Source: Squalus acanthias (taxonomy: Eukaryota). From it: a DNA stretch of 64,000 nt. The stretch is from contig CM059431.1 of NCBI GenBank assembly GCA_030390025.1, positions 121,646,001 through 121,710,000 of the forward strand. Direction: 5' to 3'. The notes beneath the pieces were generated by a model that worked only from the letters and a program-made list of their open reading frames with translations, searched no databases and had not been told where the DNA came from. Below are positions 46,828 to 59,644 of the stretch, in pieces. Position 1 is the stretch's first letter. Each line of letters begins with the position of its first letter. The position numbers and the translations under genes are program-made.

Positions 46828-48540
46828 AGCCGCGATTTCCCCTACCTCGGCGGGTTCGGTGCGACCGGGGTCGGTGGCGGGTTCCAACCCCACTGCTGGC
46901 TCCAGCCCACTGTCCAAATTGATCTTACCTTGATTGGGCTTGTTAATCCCACCCAGCGCGTTTCCTGGCCAATAGAAGGAAGTGAGTCATCAGCCGATTT
47001 CCTTAAAGGGACCATGTCCAAATTTATTTTGACATTTGTGCTGTCAGTGTTCTACAGCATTGAGGTGCTGCAAACACTGACAAGCACTGCACAGAGGTGC
47101 ACAGCTGCACCCAGGCTCTCCCATGACTCCCTCCATATGCTTATGGAGGGAGTCACAGCATGCAGGGAGGTCCTCTTCCTTTCCAATGGGCAGAAGAGAC
47201 CTCCCAAGGAGACCAACGCAGCCTGGTTGCACATTTCACAGGAGGACACAAGCAGGGATGTTGTCAGGAGGACCAGGCTGCAGTGGCGCAAACCTTTTAA
47301 TGATCTCAGTAGATCACGAAACATTACTGCAAAGCCACACTCAACCTCATCCTGCTGTGCCACCCATCACATCCCCATCACTCTGCCTTCCCTACCCTAC
47401 TCCTGCACATCCTTACTCACACCAACTTACCTTGCACCTCTACCCATCCCTCTCTATCTACATTATCATATCCCCATCTCACTAGCCACTCCTCACACTC
47501 ACCCTCATCCTAGTCCAATCATACCAACCAACAACACACAAGGGTCGGCACTTATGTGTTTTAGCCAATGTTCATGTGAAGTTTCTGTTAATGTGCTGTC
47601 AAACATTGAAATCTTTATTTTCAGCACTTGCATTATTGGACAGATTTGTGTGCACATTTGGTAGTAGGCTGCAGTGAATGGTGAGAAATAACGGTACCTC
47701 CCGCAATGGTGATGAGTGTGGAAGGAATGGCTTGGTCATTGTAGGGATGCTTTATGGTGTTGCTGTGTGGTGGTGTCAACCTGGTGCATCATGTGGCAGC
47801 CTGGGTGTGCAGCATCAAGTGAAGTAAATCTGGCCATGGTGAGGCCATCCCTGGCCTCCCGGCAGCAATGTGGTCGGGTGCTGATGCCCTGTGTCCTGTG
47901 CAGCATCAGTTGAATGTGGAGAAGGTTGGTGTTGTTGTTGGGGCTGATCGTGGTGGGATTCTGAGGACCAAGGTGAAATAGTTTCAAGGGCACCGATGCT
48001 GATGTAATAGATGGCAGATGAAGTTGAGATGACAGAAGAGATCTGTCAATGACGAGAGAGGTTGTTCCACTGAAATGCACTGGATACAGAGTTTGCTCTA
48101 AACACTTGCAACCTGCATAAAGCTCAATCTGTCTTCCAAATGCAGTAAGCAACAGCTTCTGACCTTGGAAAGTGAACAGCTATGAGATGGGAGCTTTTAT
48201 AGCACATTTGCAGCTGTCAAGTAAAGAAATGATATCATGGTGACACAACTCCTGGCCTGGTTACCTGATCTGATCCCCGAGCAGCGGGGAACCTGTGGGC
48301 GAACACTTAAAATTTAAAGGTGAGCTTAAAATAGTTTTTAAGTGCCTGTTACCAAGCTCTTAATCATCTAATTTGCCTGCCCCGCCGCTTGGTGTCGGGT
48401 CTGTTCAGTGATGACAGACCCAACATCTGGGAGACTAGCATGGTGGCGGGTTGACAGTGGGTTCCCTACCCGCTGTCAACAAAATGTGCCCAGCCGACCC
48501 ACCACCAAACGCGTCCAGTGACCCCACGAAAATTCCCCCC
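46828..48540. mobile_element. Internally deleted Harbinger, same family and structure as 36678-39235
   Basis: Start AGCCGCGATTTCCCCTACCTCGGCGGG; collinear Myb exon 1, intron and transposase-start mosaic. Confidence 0.88.
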
Positions 48541-49744
48541 TTTGACTTTGCGCCAGGTCTGCTAATGATGTATCTCAAATTAATTAATTTGTAAATAATT
48601 TCACCTAGTTGTTTTTGCATTTCGGAAAGTGTTTTGTAATGTGATTATGTTAATGTGCTCTATGATGAGGCATAGAACAACCCAGCACACATTGAATCAA
48701 ATTAGAATAATCACATTATCATAACATTTTAAAATACATGAGTTTGCAATTTAATTAAATGAACAAAGTAAATTTGTCATTCTAGTATAATCTGATGTCT
48801 TGTCATGCTACGTCTCCATTGTTTATAGCCAATATAACTGCTCAATAAATGGCAATCTTTGCTGTTTGAAAATTCCAAGGCCTAGAATTTTGATAACGTG
48901 GTGCCCGTTTTTTGGGCACTAGACAGGCACCTAAACCTCCAATATGGAGGGCAGGGAGCACCCACTCATTGTCAGCCAGAAGTGCGCCACTCACCGTAAT
49001 GGTACAGGCGGTCGGCCCTTTGCAGAAGCAAATGAGGGGTCGAACGCGTAGTTGAAACACCTCTGCAATATTGGTTTGCCCCTGAGGCAGCCAGTGCCTG
49101 TATTCAGGAAAACATGCGGCCTGACAGGCATTCCTTAAAAGGAATGCTACAGGAATATACTTTCCTGATCGTGTAGCCGAGAGGGCCCCATATTAAAACC
49201 ACAGGCCATTACAGGCTTTCTTTGCAGGGTCTTTGAGTCCTTCAGCATTGCACCATAAGCCTGCACTCCAATAGTGACCTTGACCACCCCCCCCAACCCC
49301 CAATCACCGTCATCCTCCCCGAGCCCGTCCACCTCCTGATCACCCATTCTCCCGAACGTCACCCTCCGGGTCGTACCTTCTCATGTTTGCCCGCGTCTCA
49401 GTCACTCCATCCCTTTTATATCCTCTCCCAATCACCTCCTTTCCAGCCGCCCCTCTTCTCATCGCCCCACTCCAGGTTGCCCCTCTCTCCTGGCCCTCTT
49501 TAACGACTTACCTGAGGGATGATGCCAGCAATGCAGTGGCCCGATCTTCAAGGCCTCTTCTCTGGCAAGCTGTCTGGGGATGCCTATTAGGTGTCCACAG
49601 CTCACTGGTTTGATGATAATGAGGCCCGAGGTCCAATATTATGTGCGGCTCTGCCCTATCAATTCAAGCCCAAGGATAATTCCCTGCGCCCCCACCACAC
49701 ATTTATGGGTGTGAACAAATTAATTTCCCCAACTATTTTAGTCG

Positions 49745-50214
49745 GAGATGAAGGTTGTCTTATGAAGAAAGGTTGAGCAGGTTGGGCCTATACTTATTGG
49801 AGTTTAGAAGAATGAGAGGGGATCTTATTGAAACATATAAGATTCTGAATGGGCTTGACAGGGTAGATGCAGAGAGGATGTTTCCCCTCGTGGGGGAATC
49901 TAGAACTAGGGGGCATCATTTCAGAATAAGGGGGCACCCTTTTAAATTGGAAATGACAACAAATTTCTTCTCTCAGAGGGTCGTGAATCTTTGGAATTTT
50001 CTTCCCCAGAGAGCTGTGGAGGCTGGGTCATTGAATATATTTAAGGTGGAGATAGACAGATTTTTGAAAGGTAAGGGAGTCAAGGGTTATGGGGAGCAGG
50101 CAGGGAAGTGGAGTTGAGGCCAAGATCAGATCAGCCATGATCTTATTGAATAGTGGAGCAGGCTCAAGGGGCCAAATGACCTACTCCTGCTCCTATGTCT
50201 TATGTGCTTATGTT
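49745..50214 (+). mobile_element. CR1 3' end
   Basis: SYEERLSRLGLYLLEFRRMRGDLIETYKIL...FFSQRVVNLWN followed by UTR and tail. Confidence 0.93.
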
Positions 50215-50422
50215 CTCTTCTATACAAGAGCAGATAGTTACCATATCATAAAGCTTTTAAAATGTCTTCCAAAGTTCTGTGATGTTTTTAGTTCAGGATA
50301 CAAGAGATCAATTTCAACGCAAGCCATGGCTTCATTTTCACTAGTGATAACAGTTTGCAGTGGTAATCCCCTCTTCTCCAAATATCCTACCTATCCTAGA
50401 AGGAGGATCAATTAAACACTAT

Positions 50423-51118
50423 GGGCTGATTTTCATAGATCCGTGGAGGCGGGTTTGGAGGCGTGTGGGGGGTTAAAATTGCAAAAATTGGCGGGCAGAC
50501 CCGATCCTGCCTCCATTCCGCCTCCACGCAATTTTGATGAAATCGTGTGCGGTGGTCCCATCTCCGTCCCGCCTCCAAGAGGCGGGAGAGGCCATTAAAG
50601 CCCTTAACAAGCCTTAAATTGGCTCTGTAATGCCATTTTGAAACATTTTAGCTAGTTTAACCCTTTTCCCACATGAAGCACGCCTGATCTGAAACACGCC
50701 AGTGAAACCTGGCGGGAGCACAAGTGAATAGCTGACTATCAGCTGCAGGTCCACTACTACAATGGAGATGTGATGAAGGTAGTAGTAGTATTAGGTCTGA
50801 AAGTTGTCTCTGATGCTGCTGCATTGAATGTCTTCAGAGACTGCCTGGCCTTTGCTGTGAGATGACCTGGATGCAAAAAAATTCTCTCTCTCTCTCTGAT
50901 GCTCCTCACTTTGCATCCAGGTCCTCTCACAGCAAAAGCCAGGCAGTCTCTGAAGCCCTTCAATGCAGCAGCAATGATGACATCATCAGGGGCGACTTTC
51001 AGACTGAAACCACTAATTGGTTCATGGCTTCCCACATGCTGCAACTCAATTGCCCAGTTGGATAACACAAAATGCAGATGACACGATCCCAACCCGCCCC
51101 AGTATCAAAATCCAGCCC
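50423..51118. mobile_element. Non-autonomous Harbinger element with an internal fold-back
   Basis: TIRs GGGCTGATTTT / AAAATCCAGCCC and TAT TSD; subterminal GGCGGGTTTGGAGGCG as in 14988. Confidence 0.8.
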
Positions 51119-51586
51119 TATAGGAAAATCATAGATTGTTTCTTTGAAGCATTCCACAGGATACAGAGGTAATCCGTGGAGCAGTGAACTCCGTGAGCTA
51201 CCAGCATGTCATGGAATGCATAAAGAACTCCCATTTCCTTAATTTGTTTGAGTGTGTTGTGGCTCTGCAGGTTTAACCATCTGATATCACCTGTCTTACC
51301 AACTACAACAAGATCTTTAATTTCTAGACTTTTTAAAAATGGGAATCGTTGATTCTATTCATGGCAACTCCACTTAATCAAGCGACATTAGACTTAAAGG
51401 GAAGGGGGGTGTGATTTTCACTTTGCGAGGACATCGGGTGGTGCAGTTGCGCTTGCCTGCCTGATGTCCTTCATGGGAAGCTTTGGGCCTCATTTACTTA
51501 CAGCTGATGGAGCTACAAGTGTTACATCACTGGCATAACAAAGCTTCTTTACAAATATTCTAGAATTATGTTACAAATCACATAAA

Positions 51587-52015
51587 AGAAAAGGAAGACT
51601 TGCATTTATGTAGCACCTTTCACAACCTCAGAATGTCCCAAAGCACTGTTACAGCCAATGAAGTACTTTTGTAGTGTAGTCACTGTTGTAAAGTAGGAGA
51701 TGTGGCAGCTAATTTGTGCACAGCAAGCTCTCACAAACAGCAATGCAATAATTACCAGATAATCTGTTTTAGTGATGTTCATTGAGGGATAAACACTGGC
51801 CAGGACATTGGGGACAACTCGACTGCTCCTCTTTGAAATGGATCTTTCACATCTACCTGAGAGGGCAGACAGGGCCTTGGTTTATCATCTCACCTGAAAG
51901 ATAGCACCTACTGCATTTCATTGGAGTTGAACATCAGATGTCTGGAGTGGGACTTGAACCCACAACCTTCAGGACTCAGTAGGTGAGTGTACTACCAACT
52001 GAGTCACAGCTGACA
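51587..52015 (-). mobile_element. Deu-domain SINE
   Basis: Reverse-complement match to 28597-29032, including B box GGTTCAAGTCCC. Confidence 0.85.
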
Positions 52016-52821
52016 CAAATAAGTGCTTACAATGTCCATGAGTGTAGGATTTATGTAATTAAACAAATGAAATATTTAGTGATATTCTACACTTCCACAT
52101 TTTTAATTCATTTAGAATAATCAGAGTCAGCTATGAGCTCAAACAACTATAAGGAAATGGGTGAGTGTAGATTTTAGAAATTAATATTTAAGATGAATAT
52201 TTATTTTTTGATAAATTTTAGCAGTGGATTGAGCCTTTCAAAGCCAACTATGTTCTGAAACTATTTAAATTTAACATGCTAGCCATATTCAAACCTGTTA
52301 TAGCCCATGATGAATATTTGTAAAATATTTGTAATATTTGGAATAGACTGATGAATAATGTATGGTGCTGCAATTAGCTTTAATGTTGGCAGATGGCTCT
52401 GAAATGGTAATATATCCTACATAAGCGTTTATGCTTTTGTAGCCTCGATGAACATTCATTAGGAAACAGCTTAAGTATGGTTGATGCATTCTGACAAGTT
52501 ATCAGCCTTATTTGTGCAGAGCAGAAGGGACAGGGTAACTGGATATACAAAGAGTCAATCACCTGGGATCAACTTGTCTTGTTCTGATATCTCTGAGTAT
52601 GTGCTTAGTGCAGGATCTAGAGGTTGATTCACTGAGGACTCTTCTACGATGGAGAGTCTAGCAGCAGCAACCTGTAATGCAGTAGACCTGCATTTACTTT
52701 AACTAGTCTCTTTCACAGCCAATATTTAACGTGCATTTGTTGGCAGCACTGATCATCCATAGGTGACTAGAAAACAAATAGTAGTGTTTAAACAAGTAAT
52801 CTAACAGCTCAGTTAATGTAT

Positions 52822-52866
52822 CTCTCTTCTCTCTCTTAGGCAGACTCTCGGAACCGAGGATGACTT
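52822..52866 (-). mobile_element. 45-bp 3' tip of a non-LTR element, probably RTE clade
   Basis: 11-bp TSD AGTTAATGTAT (52811-52821 / 52867-52877). Insert AAGTCATCCTCGGTTCCGAGAGTCTGCCTAA with a GA-rich tail. Confidence 0.75.
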
Positions 52867-53550
52867 AGTTAATGTATATAGCAGCTTTGGCACATATTAT
52901 TCCCAGGCAAATGTCTCCATCAGCTTTGGAATCAATTAAGCAAGTAGTTTGGCTACATAAAGAAGACAATTTAGATGAAGTCTTACAATCCCATTTGATA
53001 ACAGCTGGCTTGTCATCTCCCTCTGGCTAGCTCAGTGTGGTTGGTATGGACATTGCAAGTGTCACCAGAAAAGCATTATATTAAATCAGATTTATAGAAG
53101 CCATTTTCGAATTAAATCCACATCGTGGTAAAAACAGACAATTTTTCACAATCAAGGAGCTTGAGGCTTAGATCGCCAAGGTGTTTTGCAGCATTTTCTC
53201 TTCATTGAGGTCTTCCAAGTGTCCATTCCCTTTTCTCGCTTGTCTTTTCCCCTAAATACGTCAACAGGTTTTTCCTCATAATTCTTTCACGATACTCCAG
53301 CTATCCCAGTTGAGTTTTCCAAGCATAATTGTTGTGATTTTTGAACTGATTCATTGCTGCTCAAATGTGACAGGCTGAGCATAATTATCAATATTATCAT
53401 AATTATATAATACACATTCTTTTAACTTCCCTGCTTCCCCACCAACCAACTTCAAAATTGATATTACACCCTATATTACTATTATTCAAATTATTTTATT
53501 TCAGTATTTCTCTATCTCCCTTTTTACTTCTCTCTCATTCTTAAACTAAG

Positions 53551-53659
53551 GAGGGACCTGTTCCCGCTTCATCAGCGTTACCTTGCTAGAAGTTCAGCTG
53601 AAACCCTGTTTACACGCGTAGACGGGAATTCTATCGCAATTCTGGTGAAGTCGTATTGA
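53551..53659 (+). CDS. Candidate host exon, possibly terminal, product unknown
   Basis: Long polypyrimidine tract plus TAAG acceptor and local CpG retention. Frames GTCSRFISVTLLEVQLKPCLHA* (stop 53621) or RDLFPLHQRYLARSSAETLFTRVDGNSIAILVKSY* (stop 53659). Confidence 0.35.
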
Positions 53660-54464
53660 TCTTCCAATTGCTTCATAATCTTCAAACTTTGTTGCCCTAC
53701 TCTTCATCTCTGTCATTGGGCATGTCTATATCTTTTTTTCCTCCCAATTTCAAGCTATCTTCATCTGTCTAATCTGAATACCATGGTTTTATTTTTGTTT
53801 CTATTGCAGTGCCAAACTTTTTAACACATTATCCCAAGACATTGGATCAGTACAAGCATAAATCTTCCTGATGTTCCCATTGTTCACAGACCTGCAGAGA
53901 CTTTAGTCAGGAGAAAGTTGCAATTCAAAACTAACAGGGAACATCAACTGAAGTTTTACTTTAAAATAGACAAACAAAAATCCAAAGATTCACACCTATT
54001 ACTTCCCCTTCCCTGCTTCTCCAGCGATGAACACTAAAGGGTAGATCTGCACTGTACTTGATAGGACATAAATGAAGACATTTTCCTTCCCTGGACCATT
54101 TGTATGACCCGGAGATACTCTAGGTGCAGACCGGAACCCTGGTTGGGCCTTGCACCTAAAAAAAATGGTTGCATTTCTGAACATGTCAGGCTGTCAATAT
54201 TAAGGACTCAAAACATCCTGGGGGGAGGAGATCCCTAAATTAATCATCATACCTGGCACTCATGCAGAACCTTCAGTGGACGGAAGCCCAGCGACTGGCA
54301 AAGCACCAAGTTTCACTGGATGGCCCTGTGCTGGGGAGCCTAATGAGCACAATCAGTGGAAGATGAAGCAGGAGGCCATAAATGGTCGTTTCTGCCTCAT
54401 CACAATAACAAAATTGGGCCAGCACTTACTTCAGGCAAAGGTGCAGTCGCACCCCACGAGAAGT

Positions 54465-55241
54465 GGGGCTAAATTCAGTTGATTTGCGCTTCCCATTAGC
54501 ACCCTAATGGGGCGCAAATCAACTAGCACCTGGGCGCGGTGCCGCTAACGCCACCCACAAAATTCAACAGGAGGTTAGCGGCGGTGCTAACCGTTAGCTA
54601 ACCGTTAGCGCCGTGTGGCGCTGTGCCACCAGCAATGACATCATTGCCGTGCGCAGCGCCCCGCTCGTGCCCCAGCTGTAATTTTGGGTGGCGCCCCCCA
54701 ACTTACCACTGGACCGCTGGGGTCAGGGGGGCCTACCTGCGGCCGGGGCGGCGCTAGTTAAAGGGGAGGTGGCGGGCGGCCATTTTTGTTGCTGGCCACC
54801 TGTCAGCTCCTACCCCCGTTGCTGTCCCCGGCCCCCGTGAAGCCCCCCCGTGGGGTGCCGGCTGCTCTCCGTGAGCCCGGCACTCCTCTTGGGTGCTGGG
54901 CTCGTTTGCCAGCACTGCCGATCCCTGGTGGCCCAGCTGGGCGGTGGGACGCGCGGCGGCGGGACGCGCTGCACCAGGCCCCTCCCCTTTAATAAGGGGA
55001 GGAAGGCCTGCAGTACCACGGCACGACGTGCCGCAGGGCATGGCGCTGCGGCACATAGCGCCGCAATATTGGCTCGCAGCGCCCCAAGAGGGACGCAGGA
55101 CACTTCCAGAAGCGCCCCTCCTCCCTCTCAGGGCGCTACCTGGGAAAATCGGCCGCGGGGATGCTAACTTTTACAGGGTGCTAAAATTAGCGCCCCGGCA
55201 AAGGTAACGCCCCAAAGGGGGCGCTACCCAATTTTTACCCC
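54465..55241. mobile_element. GC-rich Harbinger-type MITE, inverted relative to 9448
   Basis: TIRs GGGGCTAAATT / AATTTTTACCCC and 3-bp TSD AGT. Confidence 0.82.
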
Positions 55242-56079
55242 AGTGTGATTTTCTTTCATTTTCTTTGACACCTCCATTTATTAGTCACAAAATATTGGGG
55301 ATAGTAATAAAGGCTGTTTCACCGAGTGCTTCAGGACGGTTGGAGGCAGGAGGTCATGTGATGAAACCTCCAGGAACACATCCAACCAGGTTTGGCAACC
55401 GTATGGGTCAGCTTTAGGAAATCATGATGGGACATAATCAAAGCCGAGACCCCATGCAGGTTCTGGCCCGTTTACTTCTACCCATGCCTGGCAAGTTCCG
55501 ATTCCTCTAGGGCAGAGCAGAAGAAAGATTTACCCTTTTATATATGTTAATAATAATTCGGAGCATTATGAATGGCCATTTACTCGGCTAATGTTTGCAA
55601 ATGTCTCACTCTTTTGAAGGATGCGTTCTTTTACATTCCATGGGAGTGCTTTATTCGATTTGTTTCACTTTTTTTCTTTAGTTTCCCTCCAATGAACACT
55701 GCAAAACATAGAGGAATCACTCCCACAGGGAAAATCCTTATGAAAACACTTACATTTATATATTAGAATATTACTTCTAACAAATGTCAGAAAATAGCTC
55801 TCACAAAGTACTGAAATAAAAATTCCTCAACTGATTTTGTTTTTACATTGGTATCTCACAAAATAGTGCATTTGATTATTATTCAATAGATCCGGAATAC
55901 AAACTATAATCAAATATGCAAATAAGGATGAAAAGCAAAAAATTGAACATTTGTTTTTTTCCCCTCTCTTATCCTAAATGTTTACTGTGGCTGGGATATG
56001 GCACCAGCTGCCCATCCTTCAACTGGCTATCATTCATGTGTCAGGTTAAGCTATTGAACTCCAGATGAGGTTACACTAA

Positions 56080-56265
56080 AATCTGATTATTTGGTCATTA
56101 TCACATTGCTGCTTATGGGAGCTTGCTGTACTCAAATTCGCTGCCGCATTTCCTACATTACAACAATGACTACACTTCAAAAGTGCTTTGTTGGCGGTAA
56201 AGCACTTTGGGATGTCCTGAGGGCGTGAAAGGCGCTATATAAATGCAAGTCTTTTTTTTCTTTTC
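56080..56265 (+). mobile_element. Deu-domain SINE 3' half
   Basis: GGTCATTATCACATTGCTG...GGCGCTATATAAATGCAAGTC. Confidence 0.8.
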
Positions 56266-57167
56266 TTACAACCGAGCCCAATTCTGTTCTCTCCCAAAGT
56301 TCACGTATGTGCATTTTCAGCAGAAGCCATTGTACCAGAGTGGAAACATTCGAAGGTATATGTGCTCACCACTCCAGTGATGCCAAGCCTAATTTTATCA
56401 CTCCAACTGCCACACTGTGTGAGATCAGCTAGCCCAGTAATCAAATGTAGAATCTCCTTCGTTCGTATGGTTTAGTAGCCTGCCATGCTGTGCATTTACT
56501 TACTAAGTGTGACGTGAGAAATGTTGACATTTTCCCATTGTTTAATGTTTGTATTTTAAATGGTTAGTGCAGCTGGTCTAATTGTACTCCCCAATTTTAC
56601 AAAACAAGTGCTATTTAGGAAGTGACACCAGGCTGCCAGGCCCAAGCTCCAGAGATGCAGCCAGCAGCAGCTGTCTTCTGAGGCCAAGCTTCCATGAGAA
56701 AAGGTGCACCACAGTCTCATGTGCCTTTTGTAGCACAGTAGCAGCCAACCATCTCTGGCAGCACTGGCTCTCAGGTTGTACCTAAGGGAAGCTACAAAAT
56801 AGGAGAAAGAAAGGCAGGTTTAGATACCTAGGAGGAGTATGGTGCGAAGAAGGAATAAAAAAGGCTAACGGTCGCTTTTGGGTTGCAAGTAATATAGGAG
56901 AATGCACACTTATTCTGTGAAACGGGCGCCTCAGGATCCAATATGTCTGGCAGCGTACACGCACTCATTTCATGCCGGAAGTGCGTTGTCCACCATTTTG
57001 GATAGGGCACTTCCATAGACATCCAAAGAGCGCCAGCAGAATCATTTAAAAGCCTCATTATTGTATTTAAATAAGGAACCTACGCTAGTTGGAGACCCTT
57101 TTATGTAATTGGTCTGCCCCAGCACCTGACTCGCCACTTGATAAACTCGCTCAGCAACTCATGGTGC

Positions 57168-58215
57168 TACAACAACAACAATAACTTGTATTTATATAGC
57201 AGCCCTGAAATTACAGTCTCCGTCACGGCGTACTGTCAGAGTACGCCATCGTAATCCATTTGAAACGCCCCGCAACTTCCGGATTTCCGTGTGCGCTTGA
57301 CAGATCATCTGAACCACTTGAAAAATTAGTACTGCTGGTGCAGAGTTGAGCTATTTGCCCAACAACTGCCCAGCAATTGCCCATACAACTCTTACGGCTG
57401 GTAAAAGCAGGCGTAGGGCAAGCTTGCATCAGTGTAAGGGTATAAGCTTAAGGGTAAGGCTTAAATTAAACATTTAAAATTCTAAAATTATGCACATACA
57501 CATTAAATGAGTTTATGCAAATATTGGCACAGGTTAAGATGCCATTGTATATCATTAGAGGATTCCCTTTGTAAATTATTGCAATGGAATCCTCCTTTGT
57601 CATTGGAGGACTGAGCCCACGTGATTCCTGGGACGCTTCCGAACCGCCTGCGTCCCTGGGATCTGTGGGCATTTATGCTGCCATCCGCCTGGAGGCCTGA
57701 GACTGCAACTCTCTCAGCATGGGTGCCAGGAGGTGCTTTCGGATTTGTTTCGTGGGTCGGAGGCGTACTCCAGTGGTACACCTCCGACCCAATTTCTAGG
57801 CAATTTCTACGACTTTAAAATGTAGTTAAATGTCCCAAGGCGCGTCACAGGAGCGTTATAAAACAAAATTTGACACCTAGCCACATAAGGAAGTATTAGG
57901 GCAGATGAACAAAAGTCAAAGCGGTAGGTTTTAAGGAGCATCTTAAAGGAGGAAAGAGGTGGAGAGGTTTAGGGAGGGAATTCCAGAGCTTAGGGCCTTG
58001 GCAGCTGAAGGCACGGCCGCCAATGGTGGAGCGATTGAAATCGGGGATGCTCAAGAGTCCAGAATTAGAGGAGTGCGGATATCTGAGGGTTGTGGGCTGG
58101 AGGAGATTACAGAGATAGTGAGGGGTGAGGCCATGGAGGAGTTTGAAAACAAGAATGAGAATTTTAAAATCGAGGTTTTGCTTAACAAGGAGCCAATGTA
58201 GGTCAGTGAGCAGGC
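57168..58215 (-). mobile_element. L2 3' end interrupted by a Harbinger-type MITE (about 57201-57801)
   Basis: (CAA)n tail plus CTTGTATTTATATAGC, resuming after the MITE as the reverse complement of 34600-34990. MITE termini GCCCTGAAATT / AATTTCTAGG. Confidence 0.8.
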
Positions 58216-58257
58216 AGAAAGGACCCCTCAGCGGTGCTATTTAAAAGATTCATCCAT

Positions 58258-59644
58258 CAGAGTGAATACCATTGACATCAAGGAGCTCTATAAAAATGAA
58301 GTCAATGGGGATCAAAGAGAAAACTCTCCAGTGGCTGAAGTCATACCTGGCACAAAGGAAGATGGTTGTGGTTTTTCAAAGACAATAATTTCAGCACCAG
58401 AACATCACTGCAGGTGTTCCTCAAGACAGCGTCCTCAGTCCAACTATTTTCAGCTGCTTCATCAATGACCTTCCCTCCTTCATAAGGTCAGAAGTGGGGA
58501 TGTTCGCTGATGATTGGACAATGTTCAGCTCCATTTGCAATTCCTCAGATAATGAAGCAGTCCATGCCCTCATGCTGCAAGACCTGGACAACATCCAGTC
58601 TTGGGCTGAAATGTGGCAAATAACATTTGCTGACAGAAGGCATGAGTCAGGAGTGTGATGGAATCCTCTCCACTTGCCTAGATGGTTGCAGCTGCAACAA
58701 CACTCAAGATGCTCGATACCATCCAGGACAAAGCAGTCCAGTTGATCGATACCTCATCTGCTAGCGTAAACATCCGCTCCATAGCTGGTGTACCATGGCT
58801 GCAGTGCGCAATATCTGCAGCATGCACTGCAGTAACTGACCAAGGCTTCTTCGGCAGCACCCCCCAAACACATCACCTCTATCACCTAGAAGAACAAGGG
58901 CAGCAGGTGCAAGAGAACGCCATCATCTCCAAAGCTCCTCTCCAATTCACACACCATCCAGATTTGGACATATATCGCCATTCCTTCATCGTTGCTGAGT
59001 CAAAATCCTGGATTTAAAAGTGAGGAAGTGATATTTTAGTTGTACAGAGCCTTGGTCAGACCCCATGTGGAGTACTGCATTCAGTTTTGGGCACTGAACC
59101 TCAGGAAAAATATATTATGCCTCGGAAAGGGGTTCAGCGCAGATTAACTAGGGCTTAAATGGTAAAATTATGGGGACAGGTTGCCTAAATTTTGCTTGTA
59201 TTCCCTTGAGTTTAGAAGGTTGAGAAGTGATCTAATCGCGGTCTTTAAAATGATAAATAGATTCAACCAGGTAGAAGCTATTTCCTTTGGTGGGGGAATC
59301 CAGAACAAGAGGGCATAATCTTAAAATTAGAGCTAGGCCATTTAGGAATGAAAACAGGAAGCACTTTTTCACACAAAAGCTAGTGGAAATCAGGAACTTG
59401 CACCCCAAAAAGGCTGTGGATGCTGGGTCAATTGAAATTTCCAAGACTGTTTTTGATAGATTTTTATGGAACAATTGCGAGTAAATTAAGCTCAGGTACG
59501 AATCAGCCACGATCTAATTGAATGGTGGAACAGGCTCCAGGGGCTAAATTCCCTACTCCTGTTCCTATGTGACTCTACCGAACAGCATTGTTGGGAAGGC
59601 CTTTACCATACTGACTACAATGGTTCATGAAGAAGGCCGACCAC
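58258..59644 (+). mobile_element. Decayed, internally deleted copy of the 30934 LINE family with a nested CR1 3' end (about 59015-59570)
   Basis: Matches 33000-33400 and 33650-34090. CR1 motifs [10 protein letters not shown] and SRTRGHNLKIR. Confidence 0.82.

Noticed and set aside
52563..52671. Minus-strand exon-like segment (CAG...CAG|GTGATT; VAAARLSIVEESSVNQPLDPALSTYSEISEQDKLIP)
   Set aside because: Weak polypyrimidine tract, no recognisable homology and no partner exon. Unresolved rather than disproved.
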